Positions 1-14,479 of a stretch of 64,000 nt of DNA are shown one piece after another. Position numbers and translations under genes: made by a program. The stretch spans positions 76,322,001-76,386,000 of the forward strand of contig OX597814.1 of NCBI GenBank assembly GCA_951406725.2. The letters are read 5' to 3'. Each line of letters starts with the position of its first letter. Position 1 is the first letter of the stretch. Below the pieces are notes generated by a model. That model saw nothing but the letters and a program-made list of their open reading frames with translations, was not told the DNA's origin and did no database searches. This DNA comes from Octopus vulgaris (Eukaryota).

Positions 1-1208
1 TGCTTTGGGTTCAGTCCTGCAGTGTGGGACTTTCAGCATGTATTTTCTATAGCTCCAAGTGACCAAAACCTTGTTAGAAGATTAGGTAGCTAGTGTAAAA
101 ATCTTGTAATATATCATGGCAGTGTCCTAGCAGGACCACAGTCTCCAGATGAAACACAATAGAATAATAGAGTATGTGCCCGTGTGTGTGTGTGTGTTAT
201 GTAAGGAATAGATTTTGTTTCAACAGCTGTGCTGAAGTTTTATTTGTTTTACTAAGGATTTTTCCTATTTCCCTATTAGTCATTAAGATTTTGTTTAAAA
301 CAGTCAAGTTCCTACTTCTATTGATGTTTATAGCTTTTACAGTCTTATCTTTTGATGAATTGGATATTGACATGTGTTAGAGCTGTTTTAGAGTGTGCTA
401 TCTACTTTTGCAACAAGAAACCACTGTAACAAATTTACAATGTATAGCTATTACATCACATAAAACAAAACCAGAAAATAATAATAGTTTATTTGTTGAT
501 AAGACACTCCTCTGATATAGAAATTGGAAGTTTATAAATTAAAATACAATACAGCACTTATGAGTCATTTTAACTCTTTGATAGAGCATTCTAATAACAA
601 ATAATGATCACTTTCTAATTACTGAAAAACATTTAGTCAAAATTTCAAATAATCACCACAACTTCAATCTGATGATTGCTGTCTAATATACAAACAGCAC
701 AACGCACATTACCAATGACCCACTTCATCTAGATCTGCTAACATATGTGGTTATTTGACCTGATAAAAATGCCATTGACATTTCCTTAACTCTAAAATAA
801 ATGAAGGCTACGTTGGATGATAATTGTTCTGATTATATAAAAATATGGTCTGGCACTCTTTGGATCATAGATCTGCTTGATCAGACCTGTTTTGAAGCGT
901 GACTACAACTTCATCAAGAAGATAAGATAGGGAAAGTTCAGAAACATCAACGGACTTAGCAAGTTTATTGTTCCAAACAAAATGTGAAGGCTAAATAAAG
1001 AAGAAAAATCTTTAATAACAATAACTTTTCCAGTTCATTCTTATCCTAGCTACAATACTTTCAGAGCAATCCCACTCCCTGCCAATTATATCTCTTAGAT
1101 AAGAAAAGCTACCAATTACTAGTGAGGCATTCAAGCATTTAAGAGAATTTATTTCCATGATATTCGCAGCATGTATTGCTTCAGTGCATCTATTACCTAC
1201 GAAACTTA

Positions 1209-2176
1209 TGTAGCGTATGCTAGAGGGAAATTCCTCTCTCTCTGTTATATATACATAAATATGGACGTAGTAGATAACAGCTAGCCATAGGCCACCCTTT
1301 TGGACCCTGTTGTGTCCACTACTCTGATTGGTTGGTATTGGTGCAACTTGTCTCTTGCTCTAATGCACTCCAATATGCAACCCAACCAATCACAGCCTTC
1401 TGATAAGGTCACATGAGACAGTCTCTTCTAAACCTCCGGTGGGCTGACTTCACCCTATAAAACTCTAGCTTCACATTGAGTCGAGGTCTTTCGGTTCCAA
1501 AGTCTAGCCACTGACCACACAAGACACAGCCAGTTCCAGTGACAAAACAACAGCAGCCATGTGGAGAGTCACCAACTTTGTCCAACAGCATTCGGCAACC
1601 TCCATCTCTGTTGCCACCATTCGTCCCAACGTCAACATCTCTCTACGTACTCACACTGGTTACAATACTGCACTGTTCAAGAATTACTTCACCATGGATC
1701 AATAGTGAATATACAACCTGCAAGAACTCCTGTACCAAGTAACCCAGGCAGCAGCATTACAGCCACAACTTCGTACAACACATACTGCTCCAGCTCTACA
1801 TCATCACCGCAACTTCTTCATACAGCATTTCAACTATCGTGTACATTGACTATGGACTGGTATTTATTATCTTTGTGTCTGAACATTCTTCTAACGTCAT
1901 ATTATAGACTCTTTCAATGCTCTGTACTTATCGCACATGCATACATCCATGTTTGTACACACACACTTTGTTCCCATGACGGCCTGTCTTTTATTATTCA
2001 TATATGATGCACACACATGTTAACATATAAATAAAATCTTCTCTTAAACATTCTACCCGGTTGTGTCTCTCTTTTCCTTCTGGCACATATATGCATTTAT
2101 TCTTTTCATATTTATTGTATCCTCTGTGCAAAGGAGCCATTCTCATCACTTCACTTCGCATGGTCGTTTACGCTTA
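1209..2176 (+). mobile_element. Probable solo LTR (Gypsy-like)
   Basis: Starts TGTAGCGTA and ends TACGCTTA (imperfect terminal inverted repeat). Flanks CTTA/CTTT are a possible 4-bp TSD. Opposed CCAAT boxes (~1325, ~1386), CTATAAAA (~1455), AATAAA (~2029); no credible ORF. Confidence 0.55.
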
Positions 2177-2389
2177 CTTTCTCTATTAGTCTGCCTATGA
2201 TTCTACTACACCTCAAGTGTGTCCATAGCTTTCAATGGGTAAATCATTTGGAGTTCAAACTTCTACATTTTTTTCTGCATATCAAACAAGATGATTTTCT
2301 TGAAGATACCAGGACCTTACTAAAATCTTTGTCTTTGCTAAGTTTATTTTGGGGACTCTCTATGCCTGAAATTTCCTTTTTAATTCCCC

Positions 2390-2770
2390 TATAGATTGAG
2401 CTATGAGAACCTGATCATCAGCAAATAGGAGTTCCTAAAGAGAGCCAGTCTGAAACTTCTATGTGATTGCGTGTAGAATTATGCGGAATGGGAAAAAACT
2501 GATGACTAAACCTAGTCATGACTCCTACAGTCACATCAAATTCACCACTGAAATCATTGTTGACTGTCACTTTACCTATTGCATCTTTGTATCTAGCTTG
2601 TACAGCCTTCATAAGTCATTTGTCTACACCTAGTTTCTTTAGTGCCAGCTAAATTACTGATTGTGGTACCTAGTAGAATGCTTTCTCCAAGTCAACAAAT
2701 GTCAGGAATAGTGGTTTACTCTTAGCCAAGTATTTCTCCTGCTGGTACTTCACAAGGAAGATTTCATCAT
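2390..2770 (-). pseudogene. RTE-clade LINE reverse transcriptase fragment
   Basis: Minus strand reads KYLAKSKP..FVDLEKAF, AVQARYKDAIGKVTV and ELLFADDQVLIA, homologous to the RTE at 43-46 kb. Confidence 0.85.
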
Positions 2771-3809
2771 CTCTCAGCACTATTCTGCTGCTGTAACTAA
2801 ATATAAGCAGAACTGCATACTTCATCTTTTCCCTAATATCACTCCTTCACCCATCTTAGTATCCATCATCATCCAGAACCATTTCACTATTATTCATCTT
2901 TCATTCTTAATACTGTCCTTTCCACCCACATTTTACATTCCTCACTCTCCTGAGCCACCAAATTATCTCTCCTCCACCACCATTCATTTGGTTTATTCTA
3001 TCTCCTTTCCTCCTTTTCCCCCACATTGTCTCTATTTCTCCCTGTTTACTGTATCATTATTATTACTATTATTCTGCTGTTCTTCACCATTCCAGCCCTT
3101 TTCCACACACTGTCATCTCCACTTCCCAGCCTTCTCTAACTCATGTATCATTGCCACAATTCAAACTTTCTCAACCCTACCCAATTTCTACAGTTGTCAC
3201 TTTCTTTTCTTCTTAACATTTTCTCAGCACTTGTTCATAATACTCACCCTCTCAACTACTCCCTGTCTCTCACCATCTTATATACTCTTGCAACCTTTTC
3301 CCACTCATATTTCCTGTTGTTCTGTCCCTGCTTGCTTCCACTCACTTCATAACTTGGTGGTTCACCCTGACACCTCATCACCCCTATTTTTTATTCTCTC
3401 TATCTCTCCACTCTCTCTTCTACAAAGTGAGTAGTGTGTAGCTGCCCTATAGCAAAAAATCTGTTCTGTTTTGACCCCTTCTCTCTCAGCTTTAAACCCT
3501 TATCACATTGCATAAAACCACCCCACCTCTCTACTGCAACCTGCCTCAGTTGAAGGGAATCTTAGGTTTTGCAGGCTGCATGGTGACCTCACTAGTGCTG
3601 TTGCCATGAAAAAGAAGGCATCCAATACATACTGCAAGATGTTAGGAAAGGCAACCACTCATAGAAACTATGCCAAACCATAATGCAGCCTTTGGACCTG
3701 TCAGATCCTGTCAAACTGCCCAACCTATTCCAGCATGAAACACGGACATTATAGGATGATGATGACATGTATGTATGTATGTATGCATGCATGACTGTCT
3801 AGGATGAAA

Positions 3810-3935
3810 CTTCCACATGGTTCTAGATTCAGTTCTACTGTGTGACACCTTGGGCAAGTGTATTTTACAATAGCCTCAGACTGACCAAATCCTTGTGAGT
3901 GGATTTGGTAGAGGGAGACTGAAAGAAGCCCATCA
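3810..3935 (+). mobile_element. CORE-type SINE fragment
   Basis: ACCTTGGGCAAGTG CORE-like motif and GGATTTGGTAGA..ACTGAAAGAAGCCC, matching the SINE at 41326-41715. Confidence 0.75.
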
Positions 3936-3949
3936 TATATATATATTGT

Positions 3950-4215
3950 GAAGGCCCATGGCTTAGTGGTTAGAGTGTTGCACTCATGATTGCAAGGACA
4001 TGGTTTTGATTCCAAGACCGGGTGTTGTGTCCTTGAGCAAAGCACTTCATTTCATATTGCTCTGCGATCATTTTGTCATCTGACATGTGGCACAGGGTTT
4101 ACCTATACAGATGATGTTGAATTGATGGAAGGAGTGAGCTTATGTGAACACAAACATTTGATCACTATAAACAAATCATTTGTGTGGTTGTTCAGGAAGA
4201 AATTGCCGAATCCTC
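3950..4215 (+). mobile_element. tRNA-derived SINE
   Basis: A box TGGCTTAGTGG and B-box-like GGTTTTGATTCC, then TGTGTCCTTGAGCAA. A homologous copy lies on the minus strand at ~22010-22262. Confidence 0.75.
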
Positions 4216-4289
4216 ATACTTTTTCTAATGACTGGAGAGTCCGCTATGTGTGTGTGTTTATGTTTGTCAATCTACCCTCACTCCAGTTT

Positions 4290-5443
4290 ACAGATGATGG
4301 TTGTTCAGAAACTTCTGCAACACCCCCAGTTTCTGGCCTCCCAATTCCCCCAATTGTAATCCCATGGATTACTATGAGCAGGATGCGCTTGAGAAAGATA
4401 CCTACCACTCTGCCTGTAACACCAAGGCTGTGCTGGTGGTCAAGCTCAAGGAGGTGTTTGAAAATCTCCCAAGAGACACAGTGAAGAATGCACATGTCAG
4501 GTTCCGGAGCCTTCTTGCAGCTATGGTGGAAGTGGAGGGTGGCTACTCTGAGTAAACTGTTATCTCCCAGCTACAATCTACTTGCATGGTGCAGAGTCCT
4601 GTTGCCAGACATAGGGTCTTCCAGCAGTTATCCTCTTGACCCAGGGCAGCACTACCTCCTCCAGGCCCTTGATGTAGGCCTCTGTGTTGAGTCTGAGGCT
4701 ATGTGGGAAGATGAATGGAGGAATAACATCACCATCACTAGTGATCATTCAAAACACCATGATGTTGACTGGATATTTGATTTTTTTTCACTCTTGGTAC
4801 ATGTTTTGGGGTGCAGCAAACCAACGGTTGTTCTGTGTGTTCACTATCTGATTTTGGAAGAATTTTTTCTCGTCTGAAAAAAAACCAAAGCATGTTTGGT
4901 TGGAGGGGATGCTTGATTTTGTTCAAGTTTCGTAGCGTGGTCTTCCCTGTTGTCCTTGATGGCTTGGGATAAAAATTGGCTCTTTCTCATTTTGTATGAG
5001 GGATACCTTATGTCTTCATGCACTACCTGCCTGATAAGAGACAGACGCTCCCATGTCCCTGGTGATGGACCTGATTAACTTGGAGGGATCATTGCCAATC
5101 ATGGCCTGGATCTCACCAACAAATTCAGGAGTTTGTTTCTTATCGGAACAATCAGAGTGAGTTTTCTGAGCTGCCGTACCTTCGTAACCACCATTAGATT
5201 CATCCAACTCTTTCTGAATCCTCTGCACTATCCTCAGATTGACATCCAAACACTCTGAAATGTTTGTATTGGGGCTTCCAGTGTGAATGCTAAGCAGTAG
5301 AGCATGTTTCCAAATTTCTGGCAGAGTGACTTGTATCATAGTGCTGTTTTTCTCCCAACTAACTCTACTATGCAGTGTAGTCAACAAAATCAAAAGCAAA
5401 CAATGCACATGCATGAAATTAGTAATATAAAATGGCGGCCCTG
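4290..5443 (-). mobile_element. Tc1/mariner (DD37D/maT-like) transposon remnant with internally inverted 3' part
   Basis: Minus strand 5443-4582: CAGGG end, HTH-like region, FFSDEK, YVWQQDSAPC. Plus strand 4290-4555: the continuation FWPPNSPNCNPMDYY to a stop codon. Confidence 0.8.
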
Positions 5444-5789
5444 TGTGTGTGTGTGTGTATGTGCACGCGTGCGCACATGTGTATTTTGATTCTTCAGCTT
5501 GTACCAGGTTTTGACTTACAATTCACAAAAGATAAAATAAATGTTACATGTTAAGATTATTTGTTATTCATTGAATAATATTTCAGGATTGCATTTCCTG
5601 ATATTTTGAGCAGTTAGTTGTAGGTTGTAAACAATATGGTAAATAACCAGGTGGGTTTGACCTTAAAGAAGTGGGGACAGACAAAGAAAACAGTTCAACT
5701 TAAAGTTTATAGTTGCAATTCTAACATACTCATTTAGCAGAGAAGTATGTATATGATTTGGTCATTGCAGTTGACATTTCGTTTAATAT

Positions 5790-6105
5790 GGCTGTTATTG
5801 CTGTTGCTGCTACTACTACTGTTGCTGCTACTACTACTGTTGCTGCTTTAGCCCTTTTTGTAAGTCTGCTCCACCTCCTCATCATCCTCATCGTCGTCAT
5901 TGTCATCATCACCATCATCATCATGAGTAGCACCACAACCATCACTGCTGCAACAACATCACTGCCATCTTCCCCACCACAACTGCTGTCACCACCACCA
6001 CTGCCACCACCACCACCTCCACCACCTCCACCACCACCACCACCACCACCACCACCACTACCACTGCTATCACCACCACCACTGCTGCCACCACCACCGC
6101 TATCA
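5790..6105. repeat. Compound trinucleotide low-complexity tract (GCT/CAT/CAC)
   Basis: Directly visible; explains the poly-P and poly-V ORFs. Confidence 0.95.
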
Positions 6106-6118
6106 CTATTGTTTTAAG

Positions 6119-6251
6119 GTTTGTTTTATCATATTTGTATGAGTTAGATGGATTTGCACCAAGAATAAAACACCATTCTTCAGAATCCAATGTTATTCTG
6201 CCTGACAGACCTTCAAGTAGATTATGTGTCCTCAATGTTATTTCCAAATAG
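6119..6251 (+). CDS. Possible terminal exon of an unidentified host gene
   Basis: TTGTTTTAAG acceptor followed by an open frame FVLSYLYELDGFAPRIKHHSSESNVILPDRPSSRLCVLNVISK-stop. No family recognised. Confidence 0.25.
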
Positions 6252-6550
6252 ACTATTTGGTTTGCTCCTTTCTTTGAATTCTTCTTTCCTTCTGACATCA
6301 TATGAAAGTCAGAACATCACCAGACAGCTACTATTGTTATCATTGCTGCTACTTTTGCTTGTACTGTTTGCATTGTAGTTTAGAACAGAATGTTTGAAAT
6401 GTCAATGGTTACCATATACAGAGCAATTGGTTCTACTGTCTGTTTCCCATATCCAATATGAAACTTCTCTCCACTGAGTCTATTATGAAAAATATGGACC
6501 TGTTAAGCATTTTGTCTGGCATGCTAACAAATCTGCCAGCCTACTGCCTC

Positions 6551-6900
<350 letters not shown>

Positions 6901-6944
6901 GAGAGATGATGATGGTGATGATGATAAAAATAATAATAGTAATA

Positions 6945-9900
6945 ATAGTTTCTTTTATTTGCCACCATGGTGAAGGATGAGGGGAACAATACAAGGACAG
7001 ACATAAAGTTTGGGGGCTTACTTATAATGGAATGATATACAACAACAAAAATTTTTAACTATACACAGTATACATTAAAAGAAGTGAAGTATACATAATA
7101 TAAGCAATAAGGAAAAAAATTGTGATGGGGTCTTCCTGTATCAGAAGGACCTCTAGGGATAATCAAGAAATCTCACCATCCAAAGATCACCCTGAATATC
7201 ATGGACAAATACTTTTCCCAACTCCTTTCCTCCAACTCATAGGTCTACACTGAAAGTGGTAACATCTACTCTTGCCATTTCCACAACTTGCACCCACTTT
7301 TTCATAAATTCACTTGAGGACAGCACCTCCCTCTCCACCCTTACATTCCTTTTCAAGTGAAACTTGAAAAAGTCAATGAGGGCTTTACCAAAGAGGAATA
7401 TGTCTGTCTTCATTCCTTTCAGCCTTGTCCACCAGACAACCTCTTTTGCTACTGCAACCAGGCAATGGAACACTGCCTTGCCTGCCCAATCAAAGGAGGG
7501 TGGCGGGGTAATCATCACTATGGACTCAGATGACAATTTAATCCATCCTACATATGACAGCACCTGTTTGACTTAACTCCACAAGTCAGCAATTGCTGGA
7601 CACTGAACGAGTGCATGCAGAACCATTTTGTCACTCTGCGCACACCTTGGACAAGCCCATCTGACAGTACATCTGTGCCTGTAGAGTTTATCTCAAACCA
7701 GTAGCATCCCCCCACCCCCAATGGCACTGCCAAACCAAAGACATTTTGAAAGTCCTCTGGAACAGATTAGTCAGTTTATTTTCATCAATGCCCAGAGTCC
7801 CCCCTAGGACGTTGTCACACATTCCTGCCACTAATCCTCTATAAATAGCCAAGGTGGAACATCCACCAATCCTATTGTCTGATTGGTAGAGGACAGTGAG
7901 TGCCTGACAACATTCTAAGTCCCAGGTGCCCAGTCTTGATCTATCCTTCACCCAGGACTGCAGCTCCATCAAAGAAATGAGTTGCAGAAATATGTACCTC
8001 ACAAATGGAGCCCACACATGTTCACCTTCTAAAAATCATTGCAGGTGGTGTAACCTAAGCGCACATCTGCATATCAAAAGCCATGGCATGCCTAAGCCGC
8101 TACTCAGAGGGAGCTGACAGCAGATTGACCACTTGAAGACTTGAAAGGGGCCTTTCCACAAGAACATGAACAAGAGACACTTCAACTTGATCAAACAATA
8201 ACTGGGGCAAGGCACGACAATCAGATGATAAATGATAATGGAAGTGATGTAGGCATTCGCTCCCACTGCCCGACCTTTCAAGAACAGCTTCCTCTCATCC
8301 CATTTCAACTGGCCACCCTGTTTTTCACCTTGTCCCAGTTCTTATCCACATGGAATTCGGGACCAAACCAGACTCCAAGCAGTTTAGCTGGTCTGTCAGT
8401 CCAGTGTTTGACAATGCCGTCTGATGGAATCAACCTGCTTTTCCAGATGCCCAGTCGCAAGCCCACCAACTTCTCAGTGTTGATTTTAGCCCCTGCAAAT
8501 GACTCATATTCTTCTAGAATGGAACTGACTGTCTCCACTTCAGAGGTATCCAACACCATGAAGGTGATGCATGATGCTGCTCTCCTGAGTTCTACATCAC
8601 CATGACGGTGATGTATGGCACTGCAGACACTGCCCTTCCGAGTTCTAGTTTAAAACGGATGTCCCTCAATTATTCCAACTTCCATAGCAGTGGCTCGAGA
8701 GCTAGTGCATACAGAAGAGGTGACAGCAGGCAGCCCTGATGGACTGAACAGGTGATGCTAAATAGTTCTGATAGGTGGCTATTTACTTTGACCACCGAGC
8801 AGGTGCCACTTCTGAAAACAGGTCCGAAACTGGCTGCTTTGAGGACAGCTTCCTGGTAGCGATGATCGACTATATTGAATGCTTTTGATTGATCCAAATT
8901 GATTGATCCCCACTGAAGCCAGCTTTAGTTCATACCCTCTCTATGATGTTTTGCATAAGGTGGAGGTTGTTGTGGATAGATCTGTCTGGGATTACCAACA
9001 ATAATTGCCAACCTTTTCATTTGGCCAAAATCTTAAACTCTGTGTTTAAATTCCCTAGTCTGTCCCCATTGTCGGTGTCCTTCTTCAGTAGTGTCACCAC
9101 AACCCGACTAACAGCACTGGTAATTCTTCCATTCTGTTGCCAGTTGTGGTAAACGTCTGCCAAGAGATTACCAAACAAATCTGGCATAAATATATAGAAT
9201 GCATTGGGTAGACCATCTAAACTTGGTGATTTGTAACTTGTACAATCACTCATTGCCTCTTGTATTTCAGTGGCTGTTATCAGCTTTTCACAGAACCTCA
9301 CATCTGCTGCCAAGTGTCATGGCAGGCCATCTAGGTACAAATTAAAGTCTGCTACTATCATTGACCCATTGCTCCCTCCAAACAGTTGCATGAAGTGTTG
9401 CTGAAAAGCCACACACATTTGCTCAGAACTGTTATAGTTTGCTGATCTGTTAAAGACCAGATCATAGATTTGTTGTCATGTTGCATCTCCACTGTTCAAG
9501 CCCATTGGATGGCTTTAGTTCCCTCATGTTTTAGCACTCAGGCCTTAGCTCTGACAACACAACCTTCGTGTTTCATCTCAAGAGCCATTCTCACCACTAG
9601 CATGTCAGTCATGATACCTTTACTAATTGCTAACTAGTTTGCTAACTAGTTCTCCCTCTAATCTGTTTCTTTCTATTGCTAACTTTTTGCTAAACTCTAT
9701 TGATTCTGCTCTAATTGCCCTCTTCAGGGCTATCCACCACCAGTTGTTAATGATTGTCCCCATCAACTGCCACTTAACTAGTTCACTAATTTGGTCCCTG
9801 TAGTCTTTGGATTCTGGAAAGGATGCATTCAACTTCCAGTAACTGGGTCGCTGTATATGCATCCTATCTAAATTGACTGTGTAGATCACAAATTAGTGGT

Positions 9901-10350
9901 CTGTGTATCTGACCAATTTTAATTGTGGACACCCCATATTATCCTTATCCGCTGACCTAACAAATATTTTATTTAGATATGATCTGGATGACTCATTGTG
10001 ATTGCTTCATGTCCACACTGGCACGTCAGGGAAATCCAATTGACATCTGTCAGAAATCTGGAAGTTTCTGACCAGATTTTTGAGGCTTTCACACCTCTTT
10101 CTTCTATGTACTAAACCCACACAGTCCTTCCACACGTCCAAAATACTATTCCAGTCCCCTACTTGTACTAAAGTGTGAGGTGTTCCCAGGAATGTTTCTA
10201 GACGCCTGAAAAAATCTGGCCTCCAGCCCCTGCCAGAGCATACACAGCAACCAATCTAAAGGTACCACCTTCACTGCCATTCAAATCTAGGACCACCAAC
10301 CTACCATCCGGGTCCAAGAAGATTGCTCTTACTTTGAGACCTAAGGATTT
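6945..10350 (-). mobile_element. Degenerate L1/Tx1-clade LINE (APE endonuclease + RT + Cys-rich C-terminus)
   Basis: Minus strand: DPDGRLVVLDL..LVAVYA and GDWNSILD (APE); YWKLNAS; KSPSLDGLPNAFY, DQSKAF, QGCLLSPLLYAL (RT); CPRC..H..C knuckle. AATAAA and a simple-repeat tail near 6950; many stops and frameshifts. Confidence 0.9.
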
Positions 10351-10984
10351 TCAGAACAACATTGCTACATTGCTGCTTGCTCCCGACAGAACACAGGACA
10401 ATGCAAGCAAAATACTTGTTGAATAAAATTTTGAATGAATGGGTTGCAACCAGTCAAAACACTTGATTAAACACAAATTATGGAGCTCCAACTTAGTACT
10501 TCTTCCCAGTATGGTGGCCATAATAATAATAATAATAATAATAATAGTAGTAGTAGTAGTAGTAGTAATAGTAGTAGTAGTAGTAGTAGTAGTAACAATA
10601 ATAATGATGAGCACTCAGAGAGTGCAAACCTTCACCAAGGCAACACCAATGTCCTCTCAACGATTAGCCAGAGATGATTTTTAAAATATGCAGGGAAACA
10701 TCATAGCCACGTGTTGAGAGGGATTCTTTGGAGTCTGAACCATTCACCTCTGGAAACATGGGTATTTCATTCAACATCCTTAAACAACCCTTATTCAAGG
10801 ACCTTTTGAGCAAAATGAGCTATTCAACCTGAAGAAAATTCCAACTAGGCACCATTCGCAAGGTCATGTTGCACACATGTGCCTCATGTACCTTTATCAG
10901 ACAGGTGGTCATGATAGGTATACTGGGCTTTGCATATTTGTATGCCAGTGTCACTTTGATGGCATGCATTGCTCCCTCACTCAA

Positions 10985-11490
10985 TAATAATAATTTCAAA
11001 TTTTGGCACAAGGTTAGCAATTTTGAGGGAGTGGGTAAATTGATTACATTGACCCCAGTACTCACCTGGTACCTATTTCATCAGCCGCTAAAGGATGAAA
11101 GGCAAAGTTGAATATGATGGAATTTGAACTCAGAATATAATGACATGAAATGCCACTAAGCATTTTCCCCAGTGTGCTAATGATTCTGCCAGCTCACTGC
11201 CTTAATAATAAGATTAATAATAATAATTTGTTTTAGGCACAAGGCCAGCACTTTTGAGGGGAAGGAGTTAGTTAATTCCATGGACCCTAGTGCTTGATTG
11301 GTACTTTATTTATTCAACCCACTCAAAGACTAACATCCACATTGGCTTCAGTACTTGACCAATACTTTATTTTATTGACCCTAAAAGAAGAAAGGCAAAG
11401 TTGACTTCGATGCGATTTGAAATCAGAAACAGAAAAATATTCCAATGCATTTTTTCTGATACTCTAACAATTTTGCCTATTCTTCACCTT
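10985..11490 (-). mobile_element. Two Meta-like SINE copies
   Basis: Each contains AAAGGCAAAGTTGA and GTACT/ACC motifs matching 6686-6900. Confidence 0.75.
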
Positions 11491-11504
11491 AATATTTTTC
11501 ATCC

Positions 11505-11930
11505 CTTTATTTGCCACAAGATCACAGATGATGGGACATTACAAGGATAGTGGTGTTTTACATAGAATCCAATATGGAAAAAATAAACAATCATAAAAAC
11601 CCAAAGAAAAAGATAGGAAAAAATTGAAATGTTCCAAAGAGGGACAGCTACCTAAGATCAAATAAGAAACCTCATAGATCCTGGATTGCCCTTACTACCA
11701 AGGCCAAGTACTCTCTCCCAGTTATGTTCTCTGGCCTACAAGATCATACTAAGAATTGGTCTTTACTATTTTCATGCATCTTTTAACAAATTTACTGGAG
11801 AGTAGTGTACTTCCCTTTACTCTCACATTTCTCTAGAAGTGGGACATGAAGAAGTTAAGGAGAGCTTGCTTGATAAGGAAAGTATTTTTCCTCAACCTTT
11901 TTAATGTTGATCACTATACAACCTCTTCAT
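11505..11930 (-). mobile_element. 3' fragment of the same L1/Tx1-type LINE family
   Basis: TTTATTTGCCAC..ACAAGGA 3' end matches ~6955-7000; downstream sequence parallels 7230-7420. Confidence 0.65.
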
Positions 11931-12324
11931 AGAGAGGGTATAGTCAATAGACTCATCTTCAGTGTATTTGTTTCATTAACTTTAAATAAATTGAAGTTAG
12001 AGTATAAAAGAATGGAAATGAACAGAGTAGTAAGGTGTTTAATTTTGGGTGGTTCTATTATTTCTGTCAGTTCAACTTAACTAAGAAGAAGAAGAGAGAG
12101 AGAGAGTGAAAACAATGATGTATGGTTAAGAAGGTTGTTTCACAATCATGTGGTTTTAAGTTTAGTACCTTTCACATGGCAGTTTCAGCAAATATCATCT
12201 ATCATAGCCTTATTTTGACCAATAACTTACAACTGGAATTTGGTAGAGAGAAACTGTGCAGATGCCTGTTATGTATCTGTGTGTGTGTAAATAAAACAGA
12301 TAAGTACATAAAGAAGTACTGATC

Positions 12325-12810
12325 TCTAACTGTGGAGGGCCTGTGGAAGAAGTAGACCTAAGAAGACATGGGATGAGGTGGTGAAATATGATCTTTAGAT
12401 GTTGAGTCTCACGGGGTGTGATGGAAAGTGACTGAGGCTTTTGGCAATTTGCTGTGCTTGAGAAGGTAAATCAAGCTAAGTGAGATTATAGTCGTGGCCA
12501 GTGCTGGTGATATGTAAAAGGCATCCATGCCTGTGACATGTAGAAGGCAGTCGTGCCAGTGACATGTAAAAGGCACTCGTGCCAATGACATGTTAAAGGC
12601 ACCTGTGCCAGTGACACATAAAAGGCACCTGTGCTGGTGACATCTTAAAGGCACCCAGTACACTTTATGGAGTGGTTGGCACTAGGAAGGACATCCAGCC
12701 ATAGAAACCATGCTAAAATAGAGTGGAGCCTGTTTTGGCTTGGTTTGCAGTTCCAGTCAAACTATTTAACCCATACCAGCATGGAAAACAGGCGCTAAAT
12801 GAAGATAATG
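12325..12810 (+). mobile_element. 5'-truncated RTE LINE (ORF end + tandemly repetitive 3'UTR)
   Basis: RPKKTWDEVVKYDL; about six 22-bp units like GTGCCAGTGACATGTAAAAGGC; CCAGCATGGAAAAC 3' terminus. Confidence 0.85.
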
Positions 12811-13188
12811 ACAAACACTTATTAGGCTTCTGAGTACTAAAAAGTAAAAGAGAAAAGCATAAAGTACTAAGGTATATTTCACAAACTCAACAGGTGTACT
12901 TAGCATATCAAAAGCTGATATGGTAAATAATCAATTTTCTATTCTATAAATAGCTTTAGTGACACTCATTATCATGATCATCATCATCAACATCAACATC
13001 AATATTTTTATTATCAGCATATACTTCCTTTTGTTTCATGTGAGCTATTGGATATACATGTAATCTTGTCAGTAAAATACTTGTTGAAATACATTATGAT
13101 GTCTATATTTGACAATTAAATTTACATATTTCAGCAGGCAAAATAAATTAAAATTGTATAGGTGCATATGTTATATAGAGATCAGATG

Positions 13189-13241
<53 letters not shown>

Positions 13242-14479
13242 CAAACAGGTAGGTAGGCATGAATGAGACAGAGATTGTCAGGAGTGCAAGATGAGGTGAT
13301 CAGTTCATTGTTCAGTTGTTACAACAATTGAATATTTCTATATGATTTCTAATTATAATGTAATTTCTAATGTATAAACAAACAGTTGGATAACACTGTT
13401 TTGAAGATGCAGAGAATGTCATTTGACCCTTAGTTGTTCGTTTGGTCACCATCAAATACTTTGTTTATATGCCATATTTCAAAGCCTGGCAAAGCTCACC
13501 CACCTTCAGACACTATGACTTCAAACCACTATTATACAAGTGAAGTAAATTGGCCCAACCAGTGAGCCATTTCTAAATTGCAGACTTGCTTAGTGAAGAA
13601 CTTACCAACTATCTATGGTGAACATAAAGAATTAATGTACTTGATAAATAAATGAATATAACTCACTTTCATTATGTGATATTTCATATTTTTATTATAT
13701 TATGATGTTCTATGACGATGGTGTTAGGATATTGGATTACTGACCAAATAGCCATAAACTCAAATCTTAATTTACCCTTGTGTTGTGCCTGTAAATAAGG
13801 CATATAACTTTACTAATCAAGCTAAGCTGACTGATAAAAATAAAACTACTTCCATTACTTCACAGTTGGGTAGTTAATAATAGGAAAGATACCCAACTGA
13901 AAAACTAATTGTACCAACAACAAAATCATTCCATCAATACAATCATGCAAAATAAATATTTAAATAAATAAATAAATAGATAAATAAATGTAAATTACCA
14001 AACAGTACTAACTTTACTCAGCTAAAGTAGGAGGGTGCTAGCTTATTGGCTTGAGGGTTTCAAATATTTATCCTATCTCTAAATATCGTGTTGTGTTCCT
14101 GGTAAAGAAAGTTTATATTAGCACAGTGGATTTGGCTAAAATAAGTATTATGAAAATATATGGTTCATCACATTAACTTAGGCACTTCTTAATGAATTCT
14201 TTTGCAGCAACAACACAAATTAATATGGATATAGGGCTGAGATGTGTTGATGTTCAAACACTTCCTGACTTTATTATGAAACAAAAGTGCTACAACCAAA
14301 AGCTGAAACTTAGTTATAAACTAAGTCTGATAGGAACAGTTTGATTGGTCAGAAGTGTTTGCTATTTAGAACTGTCAGCACAAATTACTATCTTCAGCTA
14401 TCTGCACATCTCTAACTGACATGCCAACTATCCAAATGATTTTGGCCTCTTCCTTACATTCGAATCTAGCCATTATTTC

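Noticed and set aside
174-380. Short open frames on both strands
   Set aside because: No usable splice signals or recognisable homology; overlaps a GT repeat.
3950-4025. tRNA genes at SINE heads
   Set aside because: A/B boxes are present but there is no intact cloverleaf, and they continue into SINE bodies.
12500-12660. CRISPR-like regular repeats
   Set aside because: No unique spacers; these are tandem units of an RTE 3'UTR in eukaryotic DNA.
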